The notes under the pieces are model-generated. The model was not told the DNA's origin, ran no database searches, and saw only the letters and a list, made by a program, of their open reading frames with translations. From Tubiluchus corallicola (taxonomy: Eukaryota; Animalia; Priapulida), in contig JAQGDQ010000579.1 in the NCBI GenBank assembly GCA_030141605.1, forward strand, positions 1 to 64,000: a DNA stretch of 64,000 nucleotides, given 5' to 3'. The position numbers and the translations under genes are program-made. This document shows, in pieces, positions 11,504-24,242 of the stretch. Position 1 is the stretch's first letter; each line of letters begins with the position of its first letter.

Positions 11504-11778
11504 CTGTAAAGATACAATGCACCAGTCGTTACGTATGTCTCGCCTGAATGCCTTAGAAAGTGTTAGAAAAATGTGCGGTAAAAGCAAACAAATTTCATCA
11601 CACTGTGCGGCGTGATTAGTCTTTGTGAAAAAATAGTTTCACACAAACTAATCCTGCAAACAAATACACCAAAAAAGGATTTTAATGTAGGAAAATTGAT
11701 AAAGTGCCAAACACAACTTGGAATCTGTTCACTGGGGAAGAAGAAAGAAGAGAAGGTGCAGGAAGAAAAGGAGAAACC

Positions 11779-12085
11779 TACCGTATTTATTCGAGTATAA
11801 CGCGCACACATAATTTTCGATTAAAAATCGGCATAAAATTTCGTTTCACTTTTTCTCGGCTCAGACCTAGCATTGTAAGTGACAAACTTTGTTGAACACG
11901 TGCGGCCATGATAAAAACCATTTATTGACAACGTAGAGTAAACTATGAACGCAATACCGAAACAAAATTTACAATATTTATTTAAAATCCTTCAAAGTCC
12001 GATTCATCATCAGATACACCAAAGAGTTGTTCCAGTTCTTCTTGAGTCATATACGTTTGCGCGTTATACTCGAATAAATACGGTA
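11779..12085. mobile_element. Tc1/mariner-type MITE
   Basis: Perfect 28-nt inverted repeat taccgtatttattcgagtataacgcgca, including TA target duplication. Confidence 0.85.
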
Positions 12086-12667
12086 GTTATTTCTAGAACT
12101 GCTGTCAGCAGTTTAAAAAAAGCTTAGTTGACATTGTATAAGGTGATGCTGTTCATTTTACATTATTATGCTTCATACTATACTGTTTAACATATTCTAG
12201 TCACAGTAGTTGTCGTAAATGTTGCTAAACTAATTAGTCTGTGTGAGGCTATTCTGAAACCAACTGTTCAACGTGAACTATCAAAATTAGTCTGTGTGTT
12301 AGACTAATTCCACAGAATTTTTCCCATTCCAATATAAAGTTGATTCACGTTGAAATTCAAATATTGGTAACAAAATTTTGCTTTGCAAATCAGAATCTTC
12401 TTCAGTGGACTCAACCTCAGAGCTAAACGTTTCTTCACGAACCGGCTTGCTACTGAACTCGTCTCGGTACGTTTGCTCTCATTTCCTGCAACACTGGGCA
12501 CAGTTGCATTGTATTCCACTTCTCTCCCCCTCTTTCTTGCTACCCCAAACACGAAACTGACAAAAGAACCTGGCAACCTGGAACATTCCCGCTCGAAGTA
12601 CAAAACGTTTTTGAAATCTTTTCACGACTAGGTTATTCAAAAGTGAAGAGTAGTCTCAGTTACTTAC

Positions 12668-12810
12668 GGTAGGTTGTGAAAATCATGGATGACTCGATAA
12701 TCTCTCCGTCAGCAGAACCGACACACTTGTACGTTCCCTTGTCATCTGATTTAATCTTCGTGATAAACAAGTTTAATTGATTTGAGGCAGCATCAAACTC
12801 CTGGTAAATC
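12668..12810 (-). CDS. NCAM: NCAM/Fas2-like exon 3 (Ig1 C-half)
   Basis: ctgcag acceptor, gtaagt donor; IYQEFDAASNQLNLFITKIKSDDKGTYKCVGSADGEIIESSMIFTTY with DxGxYxC; phase 2 to 1. Confidence 0.92.
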
Positions 12811-12828
12811 CTGCAGGTAAAAAAAGAG

Positions 12829-12948
12829 AATTCATTTAGACTGGTACAATATATATAGCTCAGTACAGAAAATTCATTTAGACTGGTACAATATATAGCT
12901 CAGTACAAAAAATTCATTTAGACTGGTACAATATATATAGCTCAGTAC
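12829..12948 (+). repeat. 39-41-bp tandem repeat x3
   Basis: aattcatttagactggtacaatatatatagctcagtac. Confidence 0.92.
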
Positions 12949-13586
12949 TGTATTATCATATGTATGCCTCACACTTCACAGACTTCATGGCAGATTCAAA
13001 ATCGCAGCCAACTTTGCAACTTTTTAGATACCTGTGCATTAATGGAAAGACCAACCCTCGAACAACACTCATTGTGCTCTAATATATACTTAAAAATGTT
13101 AAAATGACCACATTCACAAACACGACATAAAATGATTTGCTTAAAAATGCAAAAGAAATTTAAAGCATTTGTAACTCACACCAAATGAACCTCTTGCGGG
13201 CTTTTTTGAAAAAAATGACATGAGCTCATGGCAACAGGATAAGCTCAACTTCTGGAGAGACTTGGCTTTTGCTTCAACATGCTGGACATTGTGTCCAATG
13301 TTTTTCACGATTATCAACTCAGTAAATTTTGATGCGAAGTACAGTTTCGATTTGAAGATTTGACAACGAAGTAATTTTCTGAACGCAAGTACGCATTGCA
13401 TTTTAAAGCAGCGAATAGCTAAGCACAAAAAAGACCTTAACTCCTTCACATTGTATATGGCAAACTATACAAATTATAACTTATGTCAACTTTTGTTATC
13501 TATTTTAACGTTTAAACAAAAACTAAAACTCAAATGGATTTTAAGCAGGCAATGTTTATTCCACCTCACGATAAACCTTGCATAAC

Positions 13587-14020
13587 TTAAAGGCCTATAT
13601 AACCCCAACACACTTTGAAGTTTCTTAACACATTACGGTATTATGATTACACAGAAGTCATAGTTATTATTAAATAAAAGAAACTTATTAATTAAATAAC
13701 TTACCCTTTTCTGGCGAATTTCAAACGTGCCGTAAAGATCGCCATGTTTCTCGTCTTTCACGCTAGTGAGCGAGAATGACGTACGAGGTACAGAAAGCGT
13801 CTTTGGTTACGGATCTTTGCTGACCTCGTGACTGTACTCATGACGTCACCCGTCTCGCGCAACGAAAAACAGCGATTCTTCTTATGTAATACGGCTAACA
13901 ACGAAGTGATGAAAAGAAACAAGTTTTACAATGAATTTATAATAAAATAAATTAAATACTCGTAACGAGAGTAGGATTTTTAGTTGTAACAGATTATAGT
14001 GGGGTTCGGGTTGACTTTAG
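13587..14020. mobile_element. Degenerate Kolobok-like MITE
   Basis: ttaa-aggcctatataacccc ... ggggttcgggttgact-ttag; weak TIR. Confidence 0.4.
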
Positions 14021-14100
14021 ATAGTTCCAAGAATAGTAGTGTTTTAGTGAGTTGTTATTAAAAAACGATTCACTTGAGATATGGATATTAACATACATAC

Positions 14101-14254
14101 CTGTTGGGAATTTGGGAAGGGACCGTTTGCCCTGAAGGTGCTATCCATTGTAAATTGGTAGGTAATGGATCACCTGTAGCATCACATCGTACATATACAT
14201 CCTTATTTAAGGCTCCTTTCACCTCGGTAGGTGTGATGTGAACTTCCTGAGCAC
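14101..14254 (-). CDS. NCAM: NCAM/Fas2-like exon 2 (Ig1 N-half)
   Basis: ttttctag acceptor, gtatgt donor; AQEVHITPTEVKGALNKDVYVRCDATGDPLPTNLQWIAPSGQTVPSQIPN with Ig Cys and Trp; resembles NCAM Ig1; phase 1 to 2. Confidence 0.9.
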
Positions 14255-14489
14255 CTAGAAAAATGAATATTTCACAAATGAACCAAAAATATTTAAAAAG
14301 GATTTATAATCTATTACGTCGTTCAATTATAAACCATAAATGTAATAATGGAAGATCTGAAGTAACAAAAATCTTTCTTTTCTTGCGCAACTGAATGGAT
14401 ACAAATGCAATGCTTTTTATATCTCCTTAACTTAACATCTCAAAAGTTTTTTGGCGCCAGTACAAAGTCGGGAAGCAGGAAGAAGGTTG

Positions 14490-14800
14490 ACCAGACGGTT
14501 TAGTCAAGCGATAACGCGTCCACTTTCCGTCTGGGAGATCGTGAGTTCGAACTGCGGCCGAGTGATAACGAAAATTTTAAAATGGTACGTGTGGTTGCCC
14601 TGCCAGGCGCGTGGTATTTAACGTAAAAGTTTCGTAACAATAGTCTCTGTTATGTATTGGTAGTTCGTTATTTACAATAGGGGATAAAAACCTCTTGGCA
14701 GGCTGGCGTTGTCTGTGGATTTTAAGCTGACTTTAAACAAAGGTGATCATTATACCCCCTAACATGCAAACGGTCAAATATAAACAGATAAATATAATAA
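14490..14800 (+). mobile_element. tRNA-derived SINE, possibly MetaSINE-like
   Basis: A-box-like tagtcaagcgataa, B-box-like gagttcgaactgc, then aaaatggtacgtgtggttgccctgccaggcgc (resembles the Meta central domain, from memory), A-rich tail. Confidence 0.55.
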
Positions 14801-15003
14801 ATGACAAAAAATAATATGACTCTGTGGACACAATTTCTTAGTGAAAAACGACAAATTTTTAATTAAAACTTCAATAAAACTCTAGCAATCCAAATGGAAG
14901 TTTTCAACATCAAGTCATCTACTTAAAGGCCACGGTTAAAAATACTTGGATCAAAATTTCAAAATGAATTTAATATTATCAGTATGAATGCTGGTATGTT
15001 TGA

Positions 15004-15755
15004 GCAGTCATCTGACGTTTGTGTCAGTAAATGGCACACTGAACGCACCACTCTCTCCTCTCCAAGACGCTGAACTCAGTCGAGGATCAGCAGCCATATT
15101 AAAACTACCTCAGCAGTCATCTGACGTTTGTGTCAGTAAATGGCACACTGAACGCACCACCCTCCTCTCCAAGACGCTGAACTCAGTCGAGGATCAGCAG
15201 CCATATTAAAACTACCTCGGCAGTCATCTGACGTTTGTGTCAGTAAATGGCACACTGAACGCACCACCCTCCTCTCCAAGACGCTGAACTCAGTTGAGGA
15301 TCAGCAGCCATATTAAAACTACCTCGGCAGTCATCTGACGTTTGTGTCAGTAAACGGCACACTGAACGCACCACCCTCCTCTCCAAGACGCTGAACTCAG
15401 TTGAGGATCAGCAGCCATATTAAAACTACCTCGGCAGTCATCTGACGTTTGTGTCAGTAAACGGCACACTGAACGCACCACCCTCCTCTCCAAGACGCTG
15501 AACTCAGTCGAGGATCAGCAGCCATATTAAAACTACCTCAGCAGTCATCTGACGTTTGTGTCAGTAAATGGCACACTGAACGCACCACCCTCTCCTCTCC
15601 AAGACGCTGAACTCAGTCGAGGATCAGCAGCCATATTAAAACTACCTCGGCAGTCAATTGACGTTTGTGTTAGTAAATGGCACACTGAACGCACCCCCTC
15701 CTCTCCAAGACGCAGAACTCAGTCGAGGATCAGCAGCCATATTAAAACTACCTCG
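15004..15755 (+). repeat. 107-109-bp tandem repeat x7
   Basis: Units start at 15004, 15113, 15220, 15327, 15434, 15541 and 15650; nearly identical. Confidence 0.96.
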
Positions 15756-16206
15756 CGCACCTAGAAAGCCCATAAACGAGATTAATTTATTTGCTCCTCC
15801 ATCGATCTGATGACACTCGTTTCTGGGCTGCTGATTATTAATCAGGTTTTCTGTAGATCAAAATCAATGCTAACACGAGCTTCGCCAGAACTCGATGCAT
15901 ATCATGTACAACGTATAAGAACAGACCAGCAGATGGCTTCAAGGTACTCGTAGCGAGTTATCTTTAAAGACGCTTGCATTGTTAATGTAACAAATTTAAT
16001 TTGCAACATCAGCTAAAGTGCTATAATACGAGACGGTCGGCGAGCTTTGGCAATGCGTTTCTACAGAATAGGAAGATCAATAGCCAATTTACAGAGGAAA
16101 TTCTCCCCAAGGAAAATGTTCACTGAACTGTTAGCGATATTCAAGTGTACAGAGCCTGTGCTTGGTAATCAGTCCAGTGATCCTAACTAATTATTAGGAT
16201 TTATCC

Positions 16207-16787
16207 AAGATAGACTTTCTGCAAGTCTGGCAACGAAGCCTACCCCCCTACCCTCACAGACTTCAGTCATAGGACATCAAGACAGACTTTCTGCAATTCA
16301 GTCATGGGGACATCAAGACAGACTTTCGGCAAGTCTAGCAACGAAGCCTACCCCCCCCCTCACAGACTTCAGTCATAAGACATCAAGACAGACTTTCTGC
16401 AAGTCTGGCAACGAAGCCTACCCCCCCCCCCCCCACCCTCACATACTTCAGTCATAGGACATCAAGACAGACTTTCTGCAAGTCAGTCATGGAACATCAA
16501 GACAGACTTTCGGCAAGTCTAGCAACGAAGCCTACCCCCACAGACTTCAGTCATAGGACATCAAGACAGACTTTCTGCAAGTCAGTCATGGGACATCAAG
16601 ACAGACTTTCTGCAAGTCTGACAACGAAGCCTACCCCCACAGATTTCAGTCATAGGACATCAAGACAGACTTTCTGTAAGTCTGACAACGAAGCCTACCC
16701 TCACAGACTTCAGTCATAGGACACCAAGGCAGACTTTCTGCAAGTCTGGCAACAAAGTCTACCCCCACAGACTTCAGTCATAGGACA
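16207..16787 (+). repeat. Complex minisatellite (about 64-bp and 34-bp units, variable C-run)
   Basis: gacatcaagacagactttctgcaagtc repeated. Confidence 0.92.
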
Positions 16788-16832
16788 GTATCATGTCTGT
16801 TATGTCGTCGTATCTCAACAATCACAAATCGC

Positions 16833-17424
16833 AAACAAAACCGAACCCAATCCTAAACTGCAGGTCAAAACAATCTACTCTTTAAAATATTGAATGTAAC
16901 AGACTACTTTTCAAAGATTGACAGTTTTTACAACACAAAAGTAATTTCGTGTTCCCGCGGTTAGTTCTACACTGTTACATACATTTTGCCATTCGTTAGT
17001 TAGATGGGCACTAGCGCCTGAATTTCGGAAACGCGTTACATGAAAAACAGGTGCTGTACCTCTCAGCTCTGACCTGTTCGTTTGTGACATAATACACATG
17101 TTTGAGAGCTCATACGTGATCGCTGCGGTATATTTAAAACTTCGAATTTCTATTAAAATTTGTCGAGTTTTTGTATATCACACTGAATGTTGTACAGTAG
17201 CACTGTTTTCGCAAACACGTTCAACATGCTCCTGGAATATCTATGCTGTTGAAAATTATGTTCGTTTGTTATATCATCACTGGATATCGCCTGCCGTTAA
17301 ATAAAGTTTTTAACCTATTATCTAATTATAAATGCTTTGGCATTATTATCAGTGTTAAAATGTACACATTTGACCGTATTTCAAAATGGGGTAGGAACTG
17401 AAAAATCCCTGTGCTTTCCTTTAA
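16833..17424 (+). mobile_element. Kolobok-like MITE family A copy
   Basis: aaaccgaacccaatcctaaactg ... ttcct-ttaa; same body. Confidence 0.75.
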
Positions 17425-18594
17425 GGAAATCAACCTCATCTGAATGAAATCAGGGTTCAGTAGCAGCCTACTAGTGTGTTTTCATTAATAATAATGAGAA
17501 TTATCTTACAAAAGGGTCAAGTTTGCAATCTCTTTTTTATGGAATTTTCTTTATACAGGAGTGTCTGTCAGACTTTTTATCGTTACTTTCATGCTAGAAT
17601 GCTCCTGAAGTCGCTCGTGGAAGAAGTCCTGACAACGACGTTTGCTTGGCATACTTGGCTTCGCAATTTTATCCTGAACAGATGCCGTATACAATCACGT
17701 ACATATACACTTTTTCTCCAGGAATTCTTCGCCGAATTGCAATCTTACTGGCTTCAAATAGCATATCAACAGATACTTTATTTATTTATTTCTCTCAAAA
17801 AGCAATGTACATTCAAGGGTACGAAACAATAATTACAAAACGGCATGTCAAAAACACCAATCGCTTACAATAAAATACTTCAATGTTTGCTGAAAAAGAT
17901 CTTGTAAGCACAACACTGATAGTGAGAAAGGGTTATGCAAGACACTCTCTATCACAAGCAATTCTAGTTTTCTGAGTCCTGTATTCAAATTCCTAGGTAT
18001 TTGTAGGCTATACTGATCTTGCTTGTCGACATAAACATAGCAGATCTTCTGTAAATATGCTTGCACCGATAATTTTCTAAATTATTATCATGGTGCACTC
18101 AGTACACATCTACGTCCTCTATACGTAGTTCAGTGACATCTCGTTTGTTTAAAAAGTATAGAAATGCAGATTGTTTTATTTCTGACAGAACATCGACATA
18201 ATTACAGGTGCGTGAGAAGGCGTTTACCTATTGTAATAATCATTAAGTTTCTAAGTTTACATCCTAAACAGTTTGACAGCGTGTTTCTCTATTTCCTACC
18301 ATTGTGGCACGGGTACATTACGTGCAAATTGTTACCTGAACGAATCGCGTGTAAAAACGGGAAAATGAAATTACCTTAAAAACGACGTAATTACAGTCAA
18401 CAGCATCTCGCGTTATTTTAATCAACTTTCAATCATAAACAGCACGTCATTTAACTAAAAGCTGTGTCTTGTTTACGCAAGCTTGCATTTCCCTTCATAA
18501 ATCATGCAAGCAGTGTGACATCTAAATCAATACAAGAGTGACAAAAACACGAAGCAGAGATGGAGAGTGAAAATGGAGTCTTGGAATTTAAACT

Positions 18595-19165
18595 GAGAGG
18601 GAAGAACTAGAGGCGCGAACATGAAATTGTGTTATATATGGCAATAATTCTTTCACTTAAGTCATTTTTGAAAAAAAATAGTAGGTTTCTTTTCAATGTA
18701 TTAAAGAGCAGATTGTTTTTACTTACAGTTTAAGGGCCCAGTTTTGCTTGAACGTTCAGTTATTTTGGGTAATTTTTCAGAAGAACGCCATTCAAGAAAC
18801 AAATGTTTCTGTCGGCTATTGATGTAAAAGATAAAAATTCAAATTTTAATTTACCGCCGTGCTCACGCATAAGCTGTCGAACTTGTGTAGTTCGTCACAA
18901 ACAAACACATCTGAGCTGAGAGGTACAGCACCTGTTTGTTGCGCAATGCATTTCCGAAATGCAGGCATTAGTGCTTGTCTAACTAGCGAATGACAAAATG
19001 CATAAAACAGCGAAGAACTAGAGGCGCGAACATGAAATTGTGTTCATATGGCAATAATTCTTTCGCGTAAGTCATTTTTGAAAAAAATAGCATGTTTCTT
19101 TTCAATGTATTAAAGAGTGGATTGTTTTGACTTACAGTTTAAGATTGGATCCGGTTTTGCTTGAA
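18595..19165 (-). mobile_element. Family A partial, rearranged copies
   Basis: Two reverse-oriented left-end fragments (about 18600-18750 and 18860-19165). Confidence 0.65.
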
Positions 19166-20505
19166 ATGAAATTGAATTTTATAAACTTTATAACCGTTGT
19201 GTTACAACCGTTATTAATACAAATCCTACAGTATGATGTAACGTTCTATCACTTCTATGTGACGACAAAGCGTGTGCTTATTGCTAAATCTGAACTCCAA
19301 ACTCCGGTCAATCGATGACAATCAGAATGACACTGAAAGGCAGGGCAAAATCACACCTAGAATTCCAGGCTAAAGATTATATAATTTAAAGTAAGTGAAC
19401 TTCCACGTTATTACTGACAGCTGATCATTATCAAGTCAAAGTATCCTCCATACATCACAGTCTTTGTCTGGATTTGACTTACACGTACAATAACAGCAAC
19501 GGGTGGGTGGGATCGATACAGGGAGGGGAAACCGTAATTACACTGACAAAGCGGAAGTAGTACCCCGTCATTATCTTACCATAGAGTCGCGGACACAAAG
19601 AAAAACACGTCTAGCCAGTTTACAAGATCAACTGCATATAGGAAATCTTGGTTATACATGGAGTTTCAAGAGATTGATATCGTAGCTTGGTGATACAGTA
19701 GTAAGATACTTCAGCCTGATTATATAAGGAAACTATAACTGTATAAGGTTGATTATAGACTCATTTCTTGTGAATCTTAACCTCAGAATAAATAAAACTA
19801 CTAAAAGAACGTACTTCAAGCTTGCCTATTGAAATTAATGCAAAAAAAACATGGCGGCAGTTTTGCCCCAGTTTCAAAATGCAAAAAATCAAACAGAGAC
19901 AATATTTAAAGTTAAACCGTTTAATTAAAAAAATTAGGGGTTTCTGAGCAGTCGTGACACGGAAAGTTCACGAATCGTTCTCGGGAATAAGGTGTGTGTT
20001 TTGCCTTACAGACTAACAGCACTTACGGAAAATACAAAACTTAACAAAATAATAAAAAAAGAACGAATTAACGCACAAAAAAGCAAAATGGTCAAATAAA
20101 AATGACGTTATGCGAAAATATCAAAGTATACCAAAGCAAGGAATCACTCGGTAGCTGAGGTGGTGCCTTATGCGAGGGTCAGAGATCCGCTCATGTAGCC
20201 CCAAATATTATAACGCTCCTGTTACCATTGAAGGGAAAGAATTACCATATAAGGTCTAGCCGATATGACGCCATAATTATTTAAAATTATCGCCATGATT
20301 CAAACGAGGAGAAACTGAAATGACAGTTGGGAAACTTTCAGCAGTGTTTAATGATGTAACTGATTTTACTCTGAGAAGATAAATAAAAATTGTCTATGTC
20401 TAGGCTAACACTTGTCAGCACGACCCACTGGCTTTTTAAAGGAAAGGTCAAGTAAAAATTGTCCATGTCTAGGTTAACACTTGTCAGCACGACCCACTGG
20501 CTTTT

Positions 20506-21032
20506 TAAAGGAAAGGTCAAGTCTTCTGGGAAGAGAGGCTTATTTCAATGTACGCGAAAAATGTTAAAGAGACTTAGTAATAACAGTGCGATAAGCGCCT
20601 CGTGTAGTTGGTAAATTCATTTTAAAGTCGCGATCATTTCACGCTTGGGTGCTTCCAATTTGAAAGCCCGTTTTTCCACCAATGACGTCACTTGAAGAAA
20701 AACAGCTAATGTCAATTTTTGTTAAAAGTATAAAAGGTTTTTACAAAAAATTAGATAGTTAATTTTGTAATATTTCTGCATGAACATTCGGTAAGCTGCA
20801 GAATTCTGAATTAGATTAAGCAGCGGAACGTTTACGAAAAGACACTTGGTCCACCAGTGACGTCATAATTTTCACGTGAATGACGTCTGAAAATTTCTAC
20901 ACAGCAGTAGTATAAATTAACTTCATGCTTTACAGACAGTTTTTGTGCAAATTTCTTTGTCATATGTTTCTAAGTTTAAGTGAAAACAGTGAAATAGGCT
21001 CAACGCATGCTAAGTGACTGGTCCTTTCCCTC
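20506..21032 (+). mobile_element. Family C copy (left junction duplicated in tandem, 70-bp unit, about 20380-20522)
   Basis: ttaa-aggaaaggtcaag start; collinear with 34927-35452. Confidence 0.72.
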
Positions 21033-21364
21033 AACCAGTAATATCTTTGACCGTTTTGCTTGAACGCAACGGTGGACTTGTTGTGATCATTATGCAACAC
21101 TCGGCTTGCTTCTACTGTACAAGGAAACCTCGTTGCTGTATCCGTTTCTACGTAATCATGAAGATGCGGCTCAAATTGATTTTTTGCTCGGCTGCTGCTG
21201 CGAGATAATGGAGCAGAATGACTGAACTGCGCATCACCTCCGAGAGAGAGAGTCTCCGGAATGTCAACTGATCATGTGATTGTGACTACTCAAGCGAGGC
21301 AAAGTTAATAACAGCATAGAAGCACCAAACACGATGCTGTATTATGAGCTAATTTTGCAGTAAT

Positions 21365-22620
21365 GTAAGGTGCACAGGTAAAAATGACACATGAAAAATG
21401 GCACAGGAAAAATGACACATTTTGATGTAATTGATTTCTGTAATAGAACTAGAATGCGCTCAGTAGGAAGTAGATCTCTGTCAAAGTCGAACAATCCTAA
21501 ACTTATTCGTCGGATTCTTTTGATTAAAAAATTAATACAAAGGTAAACAAGAAAACATAATTATTGTACCTGTATCGGTATTATGTAGACAAGCAAAATA
21601 CGCACAAAATATTTGTTTATTAAACAGATTTATAATCAATAATGCATGAATGTTCCGCATAGTGTTTATCTATCTTTTAACATTAATTTTGGCGATGGTA
21701 ATAGACTGACACATATATTTACATATTTATACCAAGTCACCTTGTAAACCTATGCACATTAATAAGCAAAGATTACAGGCAGGGTTACACAGTTTTACAA
21801 GCCAGATTTTCTTTCCTCGAAATGGAACCTGGAACTGACTCGTAGTTGTTTGTCCAGGTGGAGATAACAAAAAAGAAGTACTAAACACTCCCTCTGAGAC
21901 CTCCACGCAACGCTTCATGAATGTTTTATTCTACGTGGGTTCGGGATGACCACACTGTATCTCGACACTAGGCGGAGGGCTGCACAAGCAGCCAACGGGA
22001 GGAGGTCAAGTGACCCAACGGCTATGTGTAGAGGAGTAAACCTTCCAAATCAGGAGTGGAGCCCCGAAGGCGGACCAGTGCAGCATGTTCACTGATTCCG
22101 GCAGCTCCTGCAGCCGACCTGGTGCCAAACGTATCGCTCCGCTTTCCTTTGGACTACACCAGGGAGGAAGAGAGGGGGGAGTTCCTGTTGTCTGGGCAAC
22201 TCAGGATCTTCATAATCCTTGCCCAGGCGTGCGCCCTGGAGAGGATACTCCAGTGGTTCAAAGATCGGGACTGCTCAGCCACAGTCGACGCTGCAGCTCC
22301 ATCAATGTGATCAATAACTGACTCTCTTGGCACACACTCCATTGTCTTCCGAGACAGAATTATGCCAACAACAACATAACTGACAAAAAACAACCAAACA
22401 AACAGACAAACAAACAAACTGCGTTGAAGCATAACGTCCTATAATTACCCCCTCCTGCAACCCTAACCCTAAACACGTATTTTGCTAAGTGTGCCATTTT
22501 TTCTGTGCTATTTTTACCTTTACCATTTTTACCTTTGCCATTTTTAACCACTTTTCCATTTGCGCCATTTTTTTCTAAAACATTTTGACCGTGTCGTTTT
22601 TCCTGTGCCATTATACCTAC
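21365..22620. mobile_element. Element with inverted arrays of ggcacagg(a/t)aaaat repeats, interrupted by the headless SINE
   Basis: Array at 21370-21420 is inverse to 22490-22615; ccctaa motif at about 22460; similar arrays near 3100-3350 and 40735-40865. Confidence 0.45.
21942..22376 (+). mobile_element. Second copy of the SINE body, lacking the 5S head
   Basis: Collinear with the reverse complement of 10704-11143, from cgggatg..cacactgtatctcgacactagg to gagacagaa..atgccaacaacaac. Confidence 0.88.
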
Positions 22621-22975
22621 ATCCGTGACGTACAGTTGCATTCTCAGAAGAAGTGCTTCCCGGTTTCGACCCGGCAGCTTAACAAACGTGTGCAGAATGC
22701 TGCCAACTATTGACTACGTAATTACAATTACTGATTATCAATAAACAAAAACATCATTAAAACCGAGAAATTATAATTTTAGTTTCATCTGCCTTGTACG
22801 ATCAAGACATAATACAGATTTAAATTTCAGCTTACATTCACTAAAACACAGGGCACTTACTCGTTGAAGATGACAAATTTTCTTGACAAATTTGTAACGG
22901 TTTCGAATTATGATGAGCCATGAATTGCTTGAAATGCGTTTCTAATAGGATTAGCTTTGAAATTTGCGTTAAGCT

Positions 22976-23420
22976 TTAAAGCACAAGAGAGCAGACTTAA
23001 AAACTCGTCTTGAAATTTTATATCACTTACATGCTGTCTTACATACAGGGCTTGCGTCGGCAGTAGCGCTGTATAAAACTTGTTAATTTAAACTCCCGTC
23101 ATGACCGTTAGGCGCAGCCATTTTGATAGTAAGTTGTTTGAAACAAGTTTAGATAACATTACGTAAAATTTAAAAAAATAATCAGAGATTTTGTAATGCA
23201 AACTTCGCTAACTACGAACAAAAGTTTAAATCACTCTGTATTGTCAATAAGATCAATAATGTGTTTTTGCGAATCATTGGTGCACACTGGGACGGCGATG
23301 CAGTGCTGTTTTACCAATTGGCGCGAACATTTTAAATTACTGTTTTTTTTTCTAATTACGCAAGTCTTTATAATAAGTAAGCGTAATGTTAAAGAATAGA
23401 AAATTCTTTGGGATCAAAAT
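22976..23420 (-). mobile_element. Family B partial copy
   Basis: ttaa-agcacaagagagc terminus; reverse complement of the right part of 24916-25559. Confidence 0.72.
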
Positions 23421-23501
23421 TCTCATATCTTTCACTTTAATTTTAATCCAAGTGAGGGTAAAATACTCTATTACAGCTTGAAGGCATTCTGACAACCTAA
23501 C

Positions 23502-23674
23502 GTAATGTAATGTAATGCAATGCAATGCAATGCAATGCAATGTAATGTAATGTAATGTAATGTAATGTAATGTAATGCAATGCAATGTAATGTAATGTAA
23601 TGTAATGCAATGCAATGCAATGCAATGTAATGTAATGTAATGCAATGCAATGTAATGTAATGGAGTAATGTAAT
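23502..23674 (+). repeat. (TAATG/CAATG)n pentamer satellite
   Basis: Direct reading. Confidence 0.96.
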
Positions 23675-24242
23675 CCATTGAAGCTTAGGTAAACCAATAG
23701 CATAGTTAAATAATACTACACTACGTAAATACGACTGGAATTCAGCGCCATTAATGTTTCCTAGTGTTAACTAATTAAGTATTCGCTTTATCTTCAGGCA
23801 AAAAAATGTTATATTGCAAGCAGAAATGATGACGGTCAAACTCACAGGAACCTGCAATCGCATGAAATTTGTTTACAGGCGCTTTTTAAAGATGACTGGA
23901 CAATTACAACCCTCACGACATCCAGAAATAAAACCCACGCCCAACACAGAACAGTCGGTGTGTAAACAAGCACGTGACTACAGTTTGTACAGCATAATAA
24001 TGTGCCAACAGATGCTGCCGATCATTAACACAGTGATTTACGACAGGTAGAGATGGAAAACGTTGCTACAGCTTTGATGGTAAAAATCAATCAAGCTCGT
24101 ATTAGCACCTACTGCAACAAAATCTATATAAAGCTATTAGAAATGCAATGAATTGGCCAAGAGAAAATCGCTAATTGGCTGACGGACTTCATAAAAACTA
24201 TTTTGAAAGGAGTTTACAATTCCCCATACAATTTAATGCAGT

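Noticed and set aside
15800-15830. CTGATGA hammerhead core
   Set aside because: No matching GAAA or flanking helices.
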